This document shows, one piece after another, positions 1 to 12,808 of a stretch of 64,000 nucleotides of DNA (within the stretch, counting starts at the first letter, position 1; each line of letters begins with the position of its first letter). Position numbers and translations under genes: made by a program. The notes under the pieces were generated by a model. That model saw only the letters and a program-made list of their open reading frames with translations, did no database searches and was not told where the DNA came from. Location of the stretch: NCBI GenBank assembly GCA_030295235.1, contig AP026126.1, forward strand, positions 186,001 through 250,000, written 5' to 3'. The stretch is from Fistulifera solaris (taxonomy: Eukaryota).

Positions 1-1
1 A

Positions 2-301
2 AGCACTGCAGAATCAGTCGAACCTCGTTGTACAACGGATACTGTCATCCAGGAAGCTTGCGAAGCGAGATGGATAGAGGATGGTGGAGATTCAGGAGAA
101 TCTAGTGGTTCGGAACCGCCATCGGCACCCACTCCATCATCTTCAAAAGAACCTAAGCCCTCTCCAGCAAAAGAGCCTACCGAAGAGATCCCCCCAAAGA
201 CAAACTCTACCGCTGCTCCGACGGCCCCTACTAGTGATGTTCAGTACATTACTGCGATGTTCTCTTGCTTCGTGGGCTTATTGATAATTGTGCTCCTGTA
301 A
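2..301 (+). CDS. 3' end of a surface protein with Pro/Ser/Thr-rich stalk and hydrophobic C-terminus (possibly GPI-anchored); runs off the window start
   Basis: Frame 2 is open from base 2 to TAA at 299-301: ...SEPPSAPTPSSSKEPKPSPAKEPTEEIPPKTNSTAAPTAPTSDVQYITAMFSCFVGLLIIVLL*. Not in the ORF track because it has no start in the window. Confidence 0.6.
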   Translation, partial: STAESVEPRCTTDTVIQEACEARWIEDGGDSGESSGSEPPSAPTPSSSKEPKPSPAKEPTEEIPPKTNSTAAPTAPTSDVQYITAMFSCFVGLLIIVLL

Positions 302-645
302 AGCTACTACAATATCGCATAAAAATATGTTTATCTCGAACATTGTAGCGTCATCCATTGGCGTACGTTACCCTATATGAGACTGCTGCATAGCTCTAAT
401 GGGGGACCAGATAATGGTCTAATGTGTTCCGTTTGAGTTTTTGGCATAATGACCCATGTTCGTGTTCGCTACCGCCAGAGCTCATGACTATCCCTTTTTA
501 GTACATGCAATCGTAATTCTGTGTCTCGAAGTGTCACATCAAAATCCATTGGAATTTTTTTTGGCCCCTTGCTTCCCATTATTGTCAAAAGAATAAACAA
601 CGCGAAGACCTTTGATTGCAGCGTTCCTCTCATAATGAAACAAAG

Positions 646-2994
646 ATGAGTTCAATCGAAGAAGCCCGTAAGGCCTTGAAGAAGAGAGATAAGCCCAACA
701 AGAAAGAGGAAAAATGCACTCCTTTGATCAGTCCTCGAACGAAACGTCCTTCGTTCCTTCGTCGTGAAAGTAGTAAAGACCTCGACAAGCCGGTGGCGAC
801 TGCCAAGCCCCCGGGCGTGAAGAAAATGATTCAGTCGAAAATTACCAGTTTTTCCGAAAAACCGAAGCAAGTGACGCCATCTCCAAAGAAGCGAAAGAGT
901 TTGCTAAAGGCAGGTGTCAAATTGGCACCAGCTCCCGCTCTTGACAAGGAAAAGAACAAGAAGGAGACACAAAAGACAACGGGAAAGTCTGTTTGTAAAA
1001 TCAAAGCTTCGAAAATTACCATTAACGGCGAGATCAAAAAGTACATTGATACGTTGAAGCAATATCATGTGCTGGCGGATATCACGACGACACCTCGTGA
1101 CAACGATCTCGTCACAGCGATCATCCAAGCGACCTGTTGCGATCCTGCTGCGGGGTCGATTGTCTGTGATGCCGATCCTCGTCACATCAGTCCTTCTGTG
1201 CTGCTTGATTTCGGAGACGCGTTGCGCTACAATGTATACTTGACGAAGCTACAGCTTTCGCACATGGAGTTGGGCAATGCTTTTTTGAGTGCTGTAGCCG
1301 ATTCTTTGCCCAAAAATTATACCCTACAAAAATTGAACTTGAGTCACAATCAATTCACAAGCGACGCATTGGTAGAGTTCTGCTTGGGTATGAAGAAGAA
1401 CAAAGCATTGACGAGTGTCGATTTGCGGTATCAAAATTCGAAAATCTTTACGCATCACGAAAAGGACGTTTTAGAGGCGTTGTCGGAAAACAATTACATA
1501 CAGGAATTTCACGTCGAATTCTTAACTCCCAAGTGTGAAAAGGTTATCGAATACGTTTTAGATCGAAACCAGAAGAAAGAGAAGAAGTTTCTGTCGCGTG
1601 AGAAGAAGGTGCTCGAATTTTTGAAGAAAGAGAGTTCGGACGCACAAGCTGACGCGAAAGGATCAGAAGAAGAGCAGGAGATTTCTCGTGAGCTACGCGA
1701 ACACGAAACTGAGTACTTCTACGAACTCGAACAAATCGCAAAGAAGCATAAGGTTGATTTGACAACTGACAAGGAGAGTGTTTTTTCGAAACCAGGAAAC
1801 AGTACTTTTGCGTTTGTTGGTTCCCCCGCCGCAGAGGTTTTAAAATTTCCAGCAACGCCCATGACCGCCGACGGTGCTTTTCTAACCGCCGGCTTCATTG
1901 ACAACTTTCTCAAAACGGGAGACGATGGCGTGTTGATATTTGAGTTCACCAATCAGTTCAAGCTCTTTAAACGCTTTGGGACCGACGATCCTGCTCGATC
2001 TGTTATTGTCAAGAAGTTTGTGAAAGTTTTGCTCAAACATCCAAAACAGGATAGTATCAATATCCTTAATATGGCCAATACATGTATAGGAGATGATTTT
2101 GTGGAAATGTTTTGTCGGTCATGCGCAACCAAGAAGAAGTTCGCACATTTGCATCAACTGAACTTCGAAACCAACTTTTTAAGCAACGGTGGTTTGCTGG
2201 CACTTGCCGACAATATCTTGAACCCTGATATTTGGAAGTATCTGCAGTGCGTGAAACTTGACAATCAGAAATCTCCTATCAAAACGGCTGCAGAGATTGC
2301 CTTGGCCAAAGCGTTGTGGACCAACCGAAGTGTCATTCGTTTTTCTTTGAGGATACGGAATCTGCGAGAGCGACAACGCATTCAGCAGTCGATCCAGCGG
2401 AACATTGACTATTTACGACAAGCTCGCCAGCTTCATCGCAAGCAGACTGGTACCCTCGTTCAAAGGAAAAGGAACAAAATGGAACAGCTATTCGACAAAA
2501 TTGCAGGAAATGATGCATGTTGTACTTCGGTGGAACTTGTTGGCGATCCACTTTTCCTTGCTTTGCATCAAAGGGAAGTTGTCAAGTCGGCATTGGCGTT
2601 TGCAACCAATACGCATGTCACCAAACTAAAAATGAGTCTACTTAAACTAGATGACGAATGGGCCACTCACTTTGCGGCAAGTTTGAAACAAAATGAAACG
2701 TTGGAGATCGTCGTCCTGGACAGTAATGCAATCGGATCTGCCGGGATCACAGCTATTATTGAAGCTTTGTCGGTGAACAAAAGTGTTACGGAGTTACAGC
2801 TCCGCCATCAGAGCAAGCCCGTAAGCAGCAAGGACGAAGAGACATTGCCTGGACTTCTGGGGAACAATACACACTTGGTCAAATTGGGAATGGACTTCCG
2901 CAGCACTCAAGCGCGTAATCTGATGGACAACAAGATTAGAAGTAATCAAGAGCTAAAGCGGAAGAGTAGAAGTTCCCCAAGCAAGGGTATATGA
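646..2994 (+). CDS. Protein with basic disordered N-terminus and three tropomodulin/leiomodin-type LRR domains
   Basis: Three RNI-like LRR blocks, each ending in the Tmod-like pattern L(R/D)xQ...E..(L/A)..N.....R N: DLRYQ...RNQ, KLDNQ...RNID, QLRHQ...SNQE. First ATG at 646. Confidence 0.75.
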   Translation: MSSIEEARKALKKRDKPNKKEEKCTPLISPRTKRPSFLRRESSKDLDKPVATAKPPGVKKMIQSKITSFSEKPKQVTPSPKKRKSLLKAGVKLAPAPALDKEKNKKETQKTTGKSVCKIKASKITINGEIKKYIDTLKQYHVLADITTTPRDNDLVTAIIQATCCDPAAGSIVCDADPRHISPSVLLDFGDALRYNVYLTKLQLSHMELGNAFLSAVADSLPKNYTLQKLNLSHNQFTSDALVEFCLGMKKNKALTSVDLRYQNSKIFTHHEKDVLEALSENNYIQEFHVEFLTPKCEKVIEYVLDRNQKKEKKFLSREKKVLEFLKKESSDAQADAKGSEEEQEISRELREHETEYFYELEQIAKKHKVDLTTDKESVFSKPGNSTFAFVGSPAAEVLKFPATPMTADGAFLTAGFIDNFLKTGDDGVLIFEFTNQFKLFKRFGTDDPARSVIVKKFVKVLLKHPKQDSINILNMANTCIGDDFVEMFCRSCATKKKFAHLHQLNFETNFLSNGGLLALADNILNPDIWKYLQCVKLDNQKSPIKTAAEIALAKALWTNRSVIRFSLRIRNLRERQRIQQSIQRNIDYLRQARQLHRKQTGTLVQRKRNKMEQLFDKIAGNDACCTSVELVGDPLFLALHQREVVKSALAFATNTHVTKLKMSLLKLDDEWATHFAASLKQNETLEIVVLDSNAIGSAGITAIIEALSVNKSVTELQLRHQSKPVSSKDEETLPGLLGNNTHLVKLGMDFRSTQARNLMDNKIRSNQELKRKSRSSPSKGI

Positions 2995-3564
2995 TAACTG
3001 AACGGTCAATGAAATGAAAGTCAATACTCTTTAGTTTTGACGTCCTATCTGGACACCTAGGTTTTTATGATTCGGACTCCTGAGTACCGGGTAGTTAGCT
3101 TAGCAAGAGGCGAGCAAAGTCTACTGTGTGTGTCGACAGTTGATACGAACTGAAACGTAGCGGTCCTGCATTAACCTTAGCTGTTGGTAAACTTGGACGC
3201 GAATTTAATTGGGTCTGGAGCCCGTTGTCCACGACGGGATATTAAACTGCTAAAGACACGATTTGCACATGAATGAATAGCAGAGTAACCGGTTGTTCGC
3301 TGCGAAGAAAACCATTTCGTGCAGATTCCCCGACTCCCCGACTAACCGAGTTGTACGAGAGTCGAAAATACTGGGACCATCACAAAGGACAAAGCGCAAA
3401 GCACAGGAACAAATCTTTCGATTTGCCCTGCCAAGAAAATCTTGGAGAATTCATAAAAGTGCCAAGCGGTCCATCCACCTGCAAAAAGTAACTCAACATA
3501 AAGAAGCAAAGAGTATCATGTACCAGCTTGAAAAGGACAAAATGCCAACTGGGTAACACCAAGA

Positions 3565-4162
3565 TTGTTTCCAAAATCAGACTTGGCATCTCCGCACGCC
3601 GCCCACGTCAACCAGCTTGCTGTATCCTTGATACCGGCGAATCGACCAGATGAAGCCATTCGTTTGATCAAGAGAGGTTTTCGTCAAATTCTTCACTTGC
3701 TCCAACAATCGACTGTGACCAAGCAACAGCCAAAACTGAGTTTTTTCTCACAAGTTGCACCTCCAATCCAACTGAACAAAGAGCAACTTGTTTCTCCTGA
3801 TGGTATCTTTGCCTTTTATAATAATCAGGCGCTTACAATTTGTGGACCAACATCTGACAAGTCGGCCATTCGTTTGCTCTTGTATAAACCAACGCCGTGC
3901 CATGGAGCGGGGATCGTCACCCAGATTGTTGAGAGCCGCTCTCCGGATGTACCACCAAGCGCAGAAACTTGATGGTCCTTACATTCTGGCGTTCGCATTG
4001 ATGAACAACATGGGTCAGGCATTGTCCTCTTGGTTCGAACATGAGGCTGTCAAAATATGCCAACTCCACTTTGCTACGAATCGCTACCGTTATCGAAAGC
4101 TGCTCTTGCCAGAAAACTATTACATTCTTCAACCTAACACTGCTTGCGCTCCTAGGGTGTAA
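3565..4162 (+). CDS. Hypothetical protein of a common diatom helical family, frameshifted (or pseudogene)
   Basis: Motifs HVNQLAV, FAFYN.AL, LLY, ALRMY, LMNNMG are split across ORFs 3565-3972 and 3788-4162; start uncertain. Confidence 0.4.
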
Positions 4163-4592
4163 TCATTCATAACGTGTAAAACAGCATTCTGCAACGGAAA
4201 TCTATCTATCAAGAAGTAAGGTCTCTCTAGTAAACGATCCGATAAGATGCAATCCTGGTAAGGTCTGCGTACTTGTAATAATAAAGGTTTGTTTCACTTG
4301 CATTTCGAAAAAAGCGTTTTATGATGGTAGTACCGATCCGATACAATGTCGGACTTGAAATAACTGATGAGTCAGTCTCCGCATTTATTCTCATCCATCG
4401 CATATCGCATGCCTTTTCTTGCTGGACAACACTGCAAAAGATGAAGCAAGTGTTGCGGGTTGAGCCTACATCGTTCTTTCCCACACATCTGTCGTATAAA
4501 CCATGATATGAACTCACAAACCACTCTCCGGTTTATGTTGCATCAGACGAAGACTTAATCGAAAAGCCTGTGTTAGTACTTTGTATACTGAG

Positions 4593-6918
4593 ATGAGCCG
4601 TCGCGTGGTGAAACAGTCTTTGCGAACGCTATCGATAGGAAGTTTATTTCTTTGGACATCAAAACAAACACCCGACAATCAATTATCTTTTCATAGCACG
4701 TCCGACAACTGCCATTTGGCATCCGTCTCAAAGCCTTTTATCAAAGCCCTGCTTAACGACTTTCGTAATGTGCTGAATCATTCTTCTTCCAAAACCCTTT
4801 TGGATGCAGCCCGTTTGCCCAATATACAATATTCACACTTTGCGAATGGAAAAACGGCCTTTGAATACGATTTTGTAATTGTCGGTGTAGGTAACGCAGG
4901 CATGAGTGCCCTTTGCATTTGCAAAAGAATGCCCGTCTGCCAAAATCGCCGTTGTGGATCCTATTCAAAAACCGACGAAACGTCAAAATGTTGATATCTT
5001 CTCCGATAAAGCAGCACGTCTCGATCCAGCGAAGCATTTAGTTTATTTAGATGCCAACACGGCGCTGTTTTATAAGCACGCAGTATTACTGGCGACAGGG
5101 GTGCGTGGCGCTCCTCCTCCGACCTATCTCGTGGACGAGCGTGCCAAAGAACGTTTGCTCGAAGTCCGACCGACGTCGTGGACGACAGGTACATCATCGC
5201 ACTCTGTCAATGACATTCGAATTACAATCATGGAGCGGGCGAGACAAGGGGAATCTATAGGAATTTTGGGATCTGGTTGGGAGGCGCTGGATATGGCAGT
5301 GCTGGCGAGCCTATCGTCCCGCAAACCATCCCAAACGCACATTTTCTACGGAAGTTCGATACCGCTAGGGAGGGCTGCCCCATCGTATTTAGGCAGCTTA
5401 ATCACCAAGCGTCTGAAGAGCAAAGGTATCCATATTCACGATCAAACAATGGTTCGATATTTGTCATGCCCCCACCATGCGGACGATAGCCAAAACGATG
5501 GAGTACCCTTTGACATTTATACTGCGAATTCCAACGACTTTATGGATACAAAGAAGACTACCTTACACTGGTTGGTTGTTGCTCCTGAAGTATCAGGGCC
5601 ATCGGGTTGTGCTTCACTAGCAACTAATGAAGTACCACCGCACCTTGTAGACTCGTCGGAAGGAAGACCATGGTACCAAACCTGGGCCAATCTTAGCAGA
5701 ATGACGTCGTCTGATCCCTCTTGGATAGTTTGTTTTAAGGATGATGGACGAATACTCGTAAATTCAGAGCTCAGTGCGTGTACAGGAGTATTTGCAGCTG
5801 GTTCTGTAGCTAAGTGTGCCAACTCCTTGAGCGGAAACGCGGATGTTGCTGGCAGGGGGGTCGTCGACGCCATCGATGCCGGTCGTATTGCTGCTTGGAA
5901 TATGGCAAGAACGATGGACGGAGCTGGTCTTTTTAAATCGGAGCGTCGAGCAACTCTAACTCGAGAGTCAATCGGAGTATGGAGGTCCGACGTGCGAGCT
6001 CTACAATACAACCTTGGCAGCACGACCTTAGAGACAACATCTTTATCTAAGATTGGCATTTCTGCGCTTTGTGTTGGAGACTGTGATGCCGAGCGCTACG
6101 GGACGCATGCGATTTGGTGGACGAATCGCGCAGCGCAGAAACGATTGCTCAGATTAGTAGAGCACGAAGACACTACCGGAAGTGAAGATCAAAGCCTCAA
6201 GCGCAAGCGAACACAAAAGGTCGCAACTAGTCAAACACTGCCCATTTATGGATTTGGGGTTGTCTATTATCTGGATCGCGTTGGAAAAATTCAGGGCATC
6301 ATGACCTGGGGGTTGCCATTCAGTAATAAGGAAGACGGCTCTCTGAATCAAAGCCTCGTTTATTTCTTGAAGTCAATAATCCTGACAAATGGAGGGATCA
6401 CCTCGTTAGATACGGAAAGGGATCATATACGCATGTCCGAGTACTTATCGACTGCAAGTAAGCGCGTCGTCGCAACTGCGTTCAAAGAGAGCCAGGAGTC
6501 CCTTAACGATCACTACCAGCTGGTGGGATCACAGGTGGAACTATTTCCACGACCGCTGCATCGGTTCACGGAAGCCCGTCCCCCAAGTGCGCGGAGTTTC
6601 AGTGTACTGAAGAGGCGCGATGGTCTCAGCCACGGGATTCTTGGTCAAGATCTCTTTGATGCTTTCGCGGAGCCCTTGGTAGACGACCCTATACCTATTC
6701 CTGATCCGTCGCAGAACGTCGGATTTGCCGCACGAGAAGCACAAAGTATGTACGAATGGGATGTTTATCAGCAGAAAGAACGCCGTTGGGATGAAAATGA
6801 GAGTCGTGCCCGGCCTCCCAAAGAAGAACAGCTATGGATTCGCAAAGGAGACGAGTTGCGCAACATGACTGCCCGCGATTCACTATATTCGGCTTACGGT
6901 AGCGCAATGGGAAGATAA
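4593..6918 (+). CDS. Apoptosis-inducing factor (AIF)-like FAD/NAD(P)H oxidoreductase, probably mitochondrial
   Basis: FVIVGVGNAG (FAD-binding), VLLATG, ILGSGW.A.D, GRILVNSEL, VFAAG, and AIF-C-like YGFGVVYYL..GKIQGIMTW. Basic N-terminal presequence. One frameshift near 4910 joins ORFs 4581-4994 and 4906-6918. Confidence 0.75.
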
Positions 6919-6979
6919 CATAGTCTATAAAAATTGATTAATGAACAACTCACATAGTTGTGCGGATGGTCTCGTTGGC

Positions 6980-7570
6980 TTAGATGCGTCGTCTCTTTGT
7001 TTTGTTAGCTTCAAAATGAGCGGGATGCTTCAGGCATCCTTGAGAATCGTAGGAGAATGCATCTTCTTCGACCACGCCCTCCACGTCGCATCCTTCCCAA
7101 AACCATTCAATGCGGTTCCTCTTGGCTTGATTACGGAGAACTTGCAAGCTCGTCCAGATACTTCGTTTCTCTGTAGGCGTGTAGTCTCGGTGGCTTGGTA
7201 TTTCCACCACCGAGTCGACTGGCGTGAAGCGAACATGCGGTTGCGGGCTAATACGGGCCGGTGATGATTGTGCGGAATGCACCCGCTCGCTCCAATCCAT
7301 CTCTTCTTCCGTTGATTCCGGAAGAGGAGGAGGAAATGATAGCACCGACGTAGTATCGCAAGTGTCTTCGACCTTGCTGTGTTTCACGTTGTGAATGGCT
7401 TTCGTGGGAAGACCACGCTTTTGACCGCGGTTCGCGTAGGAGAGCTTCAGTGATTGCAAAACAGGCAAAACCGGAGGACTATCTTGAATAACAACATGAT
7501 CGGATCGTTGTTGTCGACTAAAGGAACAAGGCAAACGCCGGAAAGCAAGAGGGTTACGAGCTGCTTTCAT
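6980..7570 (-). CDS. Hypothetical protein of an expanded diatom family (VRF...EIPSHRDY...IW motif)
   Basis: 196-aa ATG ORF with VRFTPVDSVVEIPSHRDY..EKRSIW..RNRIEW.WEG.D...VEED.F. Confidence 0.6.
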   Translation of the reverse strand: MKAARNPLAFRRLPCSFSRQQRSDHVVIQDSPPVLPVLQSLKLSYANRGQKRGLPTKAIHNVKHSKVEDTCDTTSVLSFPPPLPESTEEEMDWSERVHSAQSSPARISPQPHVRFTPVDSVVEIPSHRDYTPTEKRSIWTSLQVLRNQAKRNRIEWFWEGCDVEGVVEEDAFSYDSQGCLKHPAHFEANKTKRRRI

Positions 7571-8721
7571 CTTATACGATTGATTTTATGGGGGTTGGCG
7601 AGATTATGACCGGCACTCATACTGCTGTATTTTTTGGAAGCGCCAAATAATTCGATCGCTGGCGTTGTTTCGCAGTGCCGGTCCATGCAGGAGTTGTGTG
7701 TGAAGATGTGACGAAGCGCGCGTTTGACGGAAACCGATTGTTGCTGGTTTTGGATTGCGTGGGGCTTTTTGTTATTTTACACGATAGATTTCTGTAGGAA
7801 TCTCCCACCGAAAAGCTTGTGTTTTTCGAGGTGAGACAGGCGTTACTTGATGAAGTTATAGTATTTAAAGTATTATGAGGATGCTTTGACTTAATCCTGT
7901 TCCGTGTTCCTTTCGTATTAAATGTCACGGAGAAAATCGTAGGAATGACGATGCAGAACACAAAACTTCTAAATCGAAGACGGCACGCTCGCTTTTCACG
8001 CCGGCATGGCCAATGCGTTTTTCTCCTCCTCGAAAGATATAGACGGCAAAGTACCTGGTACCAGGTAGGCAGTTCAACGTTACAACGTAAAAAGGCGCTG
8101 TTCAACACCCCGTTTGGAGATAGTAATCGTCCACCACCACCACAGATCGAGCGATGACGAGACACGAAAACAGAAGGACCCCATCACGATTCATTCGTAC
8201 GTACTGTTCTTTCTCACAAGTTTGTACTTTTGGGCGACGCGAATTCGTTGTAATTTTTTCTTCTGCTTCCGTTACTCGTGCTTCATTCCATGAATTGACG
8301 GCGAAGAAGAAGGACGGAGTATCTTCTGAATGCAATCACGTTTTAATTCCATTGCGGAATTCTAAACAACTATTTAAGGGACTGTTTTCCCTAGACTAGC
8401 AAGTGAATAGATGTCACTGGAATGTATCACGTGCTTCACGGATATCATATCTTTCCGTTAACAACGTTTCAACTGAAACTCTTCCGCTCTTTTTCTAGAG
8501 CACGAGCGTGAGGCGCTACTACAATTTTGCCAGCAACGATGACAAGACCGACGTCCTAGCGGAAGGCTGTATTTCGTTTGCGTTTTGATCGCGGCTTGAT
8601 TTAAAAAAGAGTCTTGTTTTTGTCTACGTGGTGTTGTAACGAAGCTTTGCGATATCTATCGATCGAACAACAATCAACCACTCACGGGATATATAAATTT
8701 TTTAGTATGTGCATGCAATAA

Positions 8722-9872
8722 TTATTCAGACGCAATGGACCACTGTACTTGCTCTCCCGATCGCAAGGGCACGACTTGGCTCCCTGGCCCGAAATCGAAC
8801 GTTTTGGGCACATCCTGCGGTAGTTTGACCAAGGTCAGTGTTGCGGTCGAACGCGGAAGTCCGTAATGATCGGCTCCAAACGAACTGCAGAAGTCTTCCA
8901 ACTTATCCAGGGCATCCACCGAATCGAAAACTTCGGCGTAGAATTCGACAGCCGCATGCGCCGTATACACCCCAGCGCATCCACAAGCAGTTTCTTTGTT
9001 GTCCATGGCATGTGGTGCGGAATCCGTCCCCAAGAAAAATCGCGGACTGCCCGATGTTGCTGCAACAATTAGTGCTTGACGGTGTACTTCGCCTTTGAGG
9101 ATAGGGAGACAATACAGATGAGGACGAATACCACCCACCAGTAGATCTGTCATAGAACAAGTTGAAGTAAGAGCATTTTGGTAAAACAAGTTTCTTCTTC
9201 TTTGTCCGAAAGCGAGTCGAATAACAGCAGCTAGCACTTACGGTTGCGATTGAACAAGAGATGATGACAGGTTATACTCGCTTTGACATTATCGGGTGCC
9301 GACAAAACATAGTCGACTGCTTCCTTCGTACTAATGTGTTCCATGGTGATCTTAAGTTTGGGGAAGTCTCTTACGAGCGGTTTCATAACTTCTTCAATAA
9401 AAATGGGTTCGCGTTCAAAAATATCCCCGTGAGTCACCTCTGAATGAATACATAGCATCATTCCTTGATCGGACATTTCTTGCAAGGCCGGATAACACTT
9501 TCGAATATCAGTGACTCCATGATCAGAGTTCGTTGTTGCACCCGCTGGATAGTATTTGCATCCCGCAATGCCTTGCGCGGCGGCTTTTTGAATTTCTTCC
9601 GGTGTCGTTTGGTCGGTCAAATACAACACCATGACGGGCTGAAAATGAGGAAAAGATTTATCGTCGGGCATGGACGCGTGAATATGTTGTTTGTAAGCTA
9701 GTGCCATTTCGGTCGTTGTGACAGGGGGCTTCAAGTTGGGCATCATCAAACATCGTCCGAAGCGAGGACACACGTGCTGCAAAATGGTGGCTGTTTTGGG
9801 ACCGTCGCGGGCGTGGTGATGAAAGTCATCCGGCAAGCGGATCGTGAGCTTCGTTCCGGGAGCTGCGGGCAT
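8722..9872 (-). CDS. pyrC: Dihydroorotase (homodimeric, PyrC/Ura4 type)
   Basis: [53 protein letters not shown]. One GT-AG intron at 9241-9147 restores [12 protein letters not shown]. Confidence 0.95.
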
Positions 9873-10434
9873 GATAGTGTTTGTAAGAGAATAGAATAGT
9901 GTTGTAATGAAGGCCTGGGGCCAATATTATGGAGAGATTGCGATGCTTTTTGAATCCATCAACAAAGTGAAAATAATAATAAGCGAACGCTTGAATGTTT
10001 GTACTACGTACCTGGTAGTGATGCGATGGGTGCGTGATGTAGGATACGTGAATAAATTTCCCTAAGGGTCACGACACGAATGTTGCCTGCCGTCCGCTCG
10101 TCGATGCCGGTCATTTCATTGCGAGCGGCGGTCATGCGTGAAAAGTGAGATCAAAAGAACGAAAACTGATTGAAAATCGAAACTGAAAAACGACGATGAC
10201 AACACGAAACGAATGCAACGTGAAAAGCACCTTTCTTTCGCTGGCTTTTTACCGTTTCTGTCACCGAAAGACACTAACGAAACGACTCCGTGTCAACGTG
10301 GACTCGCTAACTTGGGACAGAACAAACTAGTAGAGAAAACAAGATGCTTATTGTTTTGAAGCGACGACACTTAGCCAGTGCTTGTTGGCGTTGTGCAGGG
10401 ATTGGGTTTTTCTCCTCGAGGGACCTCATTAACC

Positions 10435-11306
10435 ATGGCATTATATAGCGATGTTGACGACGAAGATAATCATAGTTATATGTCTTCCTCATCCGTGCAT
10501 GGTCATCTTCACATGCCTTTTCCCCTGTATTGTGATCAGCGGGATAATGGCCCTGTGTACCACTATCCAAGCTATCCCTATTCATCCATACAGTACTATC
10601 GTGAGCAGGAGCATACCCCTCCTGTCTACATGACCACGACAATTGGTCGACATGACGTGTTATGTGGGCGGGGCGGGGCTACTAACTCCAACAACGGTAA
10701 CAAGGTCTTCCGTCGATTGGTCAAGGAACACAAAGATGAGTATTTAAATGCAAAAAGATCAATAAGCCTGCCATCGCAGCTCGTGTTGTTGAATCTGTGC
10801 GTAGCAAAGGTGGGCATTTTTTACGACAGCATGGGACGTCGCAGGATGGGCGACATATTTACTGGGTCGAAGTAGGAGATGATAAAGCCAAAGAAAAAAC
10901 CTGCCAGGCCTTACGAGAAGGGGCTCCCGCCATTTTACGTCAGCAACGCGCCACGAGATACTCTGCCGTCTATTCGGCGGATGAGGAGGATGAGAAAGTG
11001 ACTGTTGCTCAATTCGGAAATATTGAGGGAGCTTTTGTACATGAAAAGCAAACCGTTTCTGCCACCGATGCGTCTTCATCGGAATCATTATCATCTTCCG
11101 TCGAAGATACAATCCTGAGACCCTGGAAGCGTCTCTTTGTACCCTTGGGCTGGGACTGTGAACCCATCTCTCTTCATCAGCTGCCTCCGGAAGAACGCGA
11201 TTTATATCTCCGTGTATTCTTGCCTCCGTTGCCGGAGGCTCATAAGAAAATCTCGTGTGTTGAAGTAAATCTAGAGAAAATAGTTAAAATGATGTTAGAT
11301 AGTTGA
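10435..11306 (+). CDS. DUF6824-type domain protein (putative diatom transcription regulator)
   Basis: HDVLCGRGGATNSNNGNKVFRRLV...GGHFL...WVEVGDDKAKEKTCQALRE. Frameshift in an A-run near 10752. Confidence 0.8.
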
Positions 11307-11453
11307 TTGAGCTAGAAACTCCCACTACGACAGAATTGAGAATGTTTCATTCCCGACTTCGCACGACTCGATTTTTGGATCGCACCACCTTCAACAAAAA
11401 TCAGTTGCGCCTTGCAACATGCGTCGAGGAAACGGAACAAAAAAATAGCCAAG

Positions 11454-12464
11454 ATGAATTTTCGTTTTACATCGTCTTTGTTCTACTTTATCGTCTTCCT
11501 TTCGACACCTCATGGCACTTTGGGGCTACTGAACCCATTCAACGCGTTTCCCTCGACACAAACGCTATCCGATGGAAGAAAGACGGCTGAGGATGGAGCA
11601 CGCTTTCTCGAACAACTTCAATTACAATCTCCTACAACACCGAGATTGGCGAAAGCTCGTCTCGAAAAAATTCCTTCTTTGCTAGTAGCTTCGGCACCGT
11701 TAGTATTAAGGGGACTCAGCGGTCTTTTTTGCCTGAATTACAGATTTTCCGTGACAGAACGTGACAACAAGCAATATGCTTATCTGACGTTAGGCGATCG
11801 GCAGACGCAAGAAACAGGTTTCAGCAATATTCCTGAACTACCACTGATTCTTTACGATGATGAGCAGTCTGCATCGTGTCGAATTGTCCGTGAAGCCTGT
11901 TCCATTCTGTCGTTGCCGGTGACATTCCGACCTACCAGTGGAGCCATCTTTCGTTCTGAATTGAAAATCAAGTACGGTGTGAAGCAGGCGCCTTATATGA
12001 TTGATTCGAATACAGGAAAGGAAATTGCGGGTGGTTGTCAGAAGATTCTGGATTATTTATTTCTAAGAAACGGAGGGGGATCCATCCCACAGAATCTAGA
12101 TTCACGTCGGGCGGGTATACTGGCTTCGGCTTGGTTGAGTTTGAATATTGCTAAGCTGTCGGGTTGGAGTCGCCAGACTCGACTGTCAAAGAAAGTGGAA
12201 AAACCTCTTGTTCTTTGGATGTACGAAGGGTCGCCGTTTTGCAAACAAGTGCGCGATCTGTTGAATGCTTTGGAAGTCGAACACACAGTAATATATACAC
12301 CACGAGGGAGTCCAAATCGGCAAAAGCTGTATCTTAAGACAAGGCGTGTCCAATTCCCGTACTTGGAAGATCCAAATACAGGGGTTGCTCTCTTCGAGTC
12401 AGATGCAATCACGGAGTACATCGAAAAAGTGTATGCAGTAAATCTTAAGGTAAAATACATGTAG
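11454..12464 (+). CDS. Tandem GST-N/glutaredoxin-like domain protein with signal peptide
   Basis: Two thioredoxin-fold repeats: SCRIVREA...PYMIDSNTG and YEGSPFCKQVR...QFPYLEDPNTGVALFESDAITEY. Confidence 0.8.
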   Translation: MNFRFTSSLFYFIVFLSTPHGTLGLLNPFNAFPSTQTLSDGRKTAEDGARFLEQLQLQSPTTPRLAKARLEKIPSLLVASAPLVLRGLSGLFCLNYRFSVTERDNKQYAYLTLGDRQTQETGFSNIPELPLILYDDEQSASCRIVREACSILSLPVTFRPTSGAIFRSELKIKYGVKQAPYMIDSNTGKEIAGGCQKILDYLFLRNGGGSIPQNLDSRRAGILASAWLSLNIAKLSGWSRQTRLSKKVEKPLVLWMYEGSPFCKQVRDLLNALEVEHTVIYTPRGSPNRQKLYLKTRRVQFPYLEDPNTGVALFESDAITEYIEKVYAVNLKVKYM

Positions 12465-12808
12465 CGAGTGAAGTAGTCTAAGAAGCTTACTAAAATCTTT
12501 GCGCTGAGCTCCGATGCTTTTTATGGGAGCATTAGTTCACAAAGACTTTGCTTTTGATGAATGTCCTTTAAAAACGTAACAGTAACACATAGATTAAACG
12601 CGATACGACAGGGACGGCTGAGAGCAAGACAATAGCCTTAATGTCAATTCGTCTTTCGTCACTCACGACATGACACATGACACACGACTGCAAGATAAAT
12701 GAATCATCATCATCATCAACAACAAAAAAAAAAACAAAGCGAAAAGCGAAATTAACCTTGCTTTTTTTATTCGTGTTCATTATTTTTGTGCATTGTTAAA
12801 TAATCACA

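Noticed and set aside
7617..8399. Several 70-180 aa ORFs in this intergenic region, and antisense ORFs across the window
   Set aside because: No motifs and atypical composition; mostly shadows of real genes or promoter DNA.
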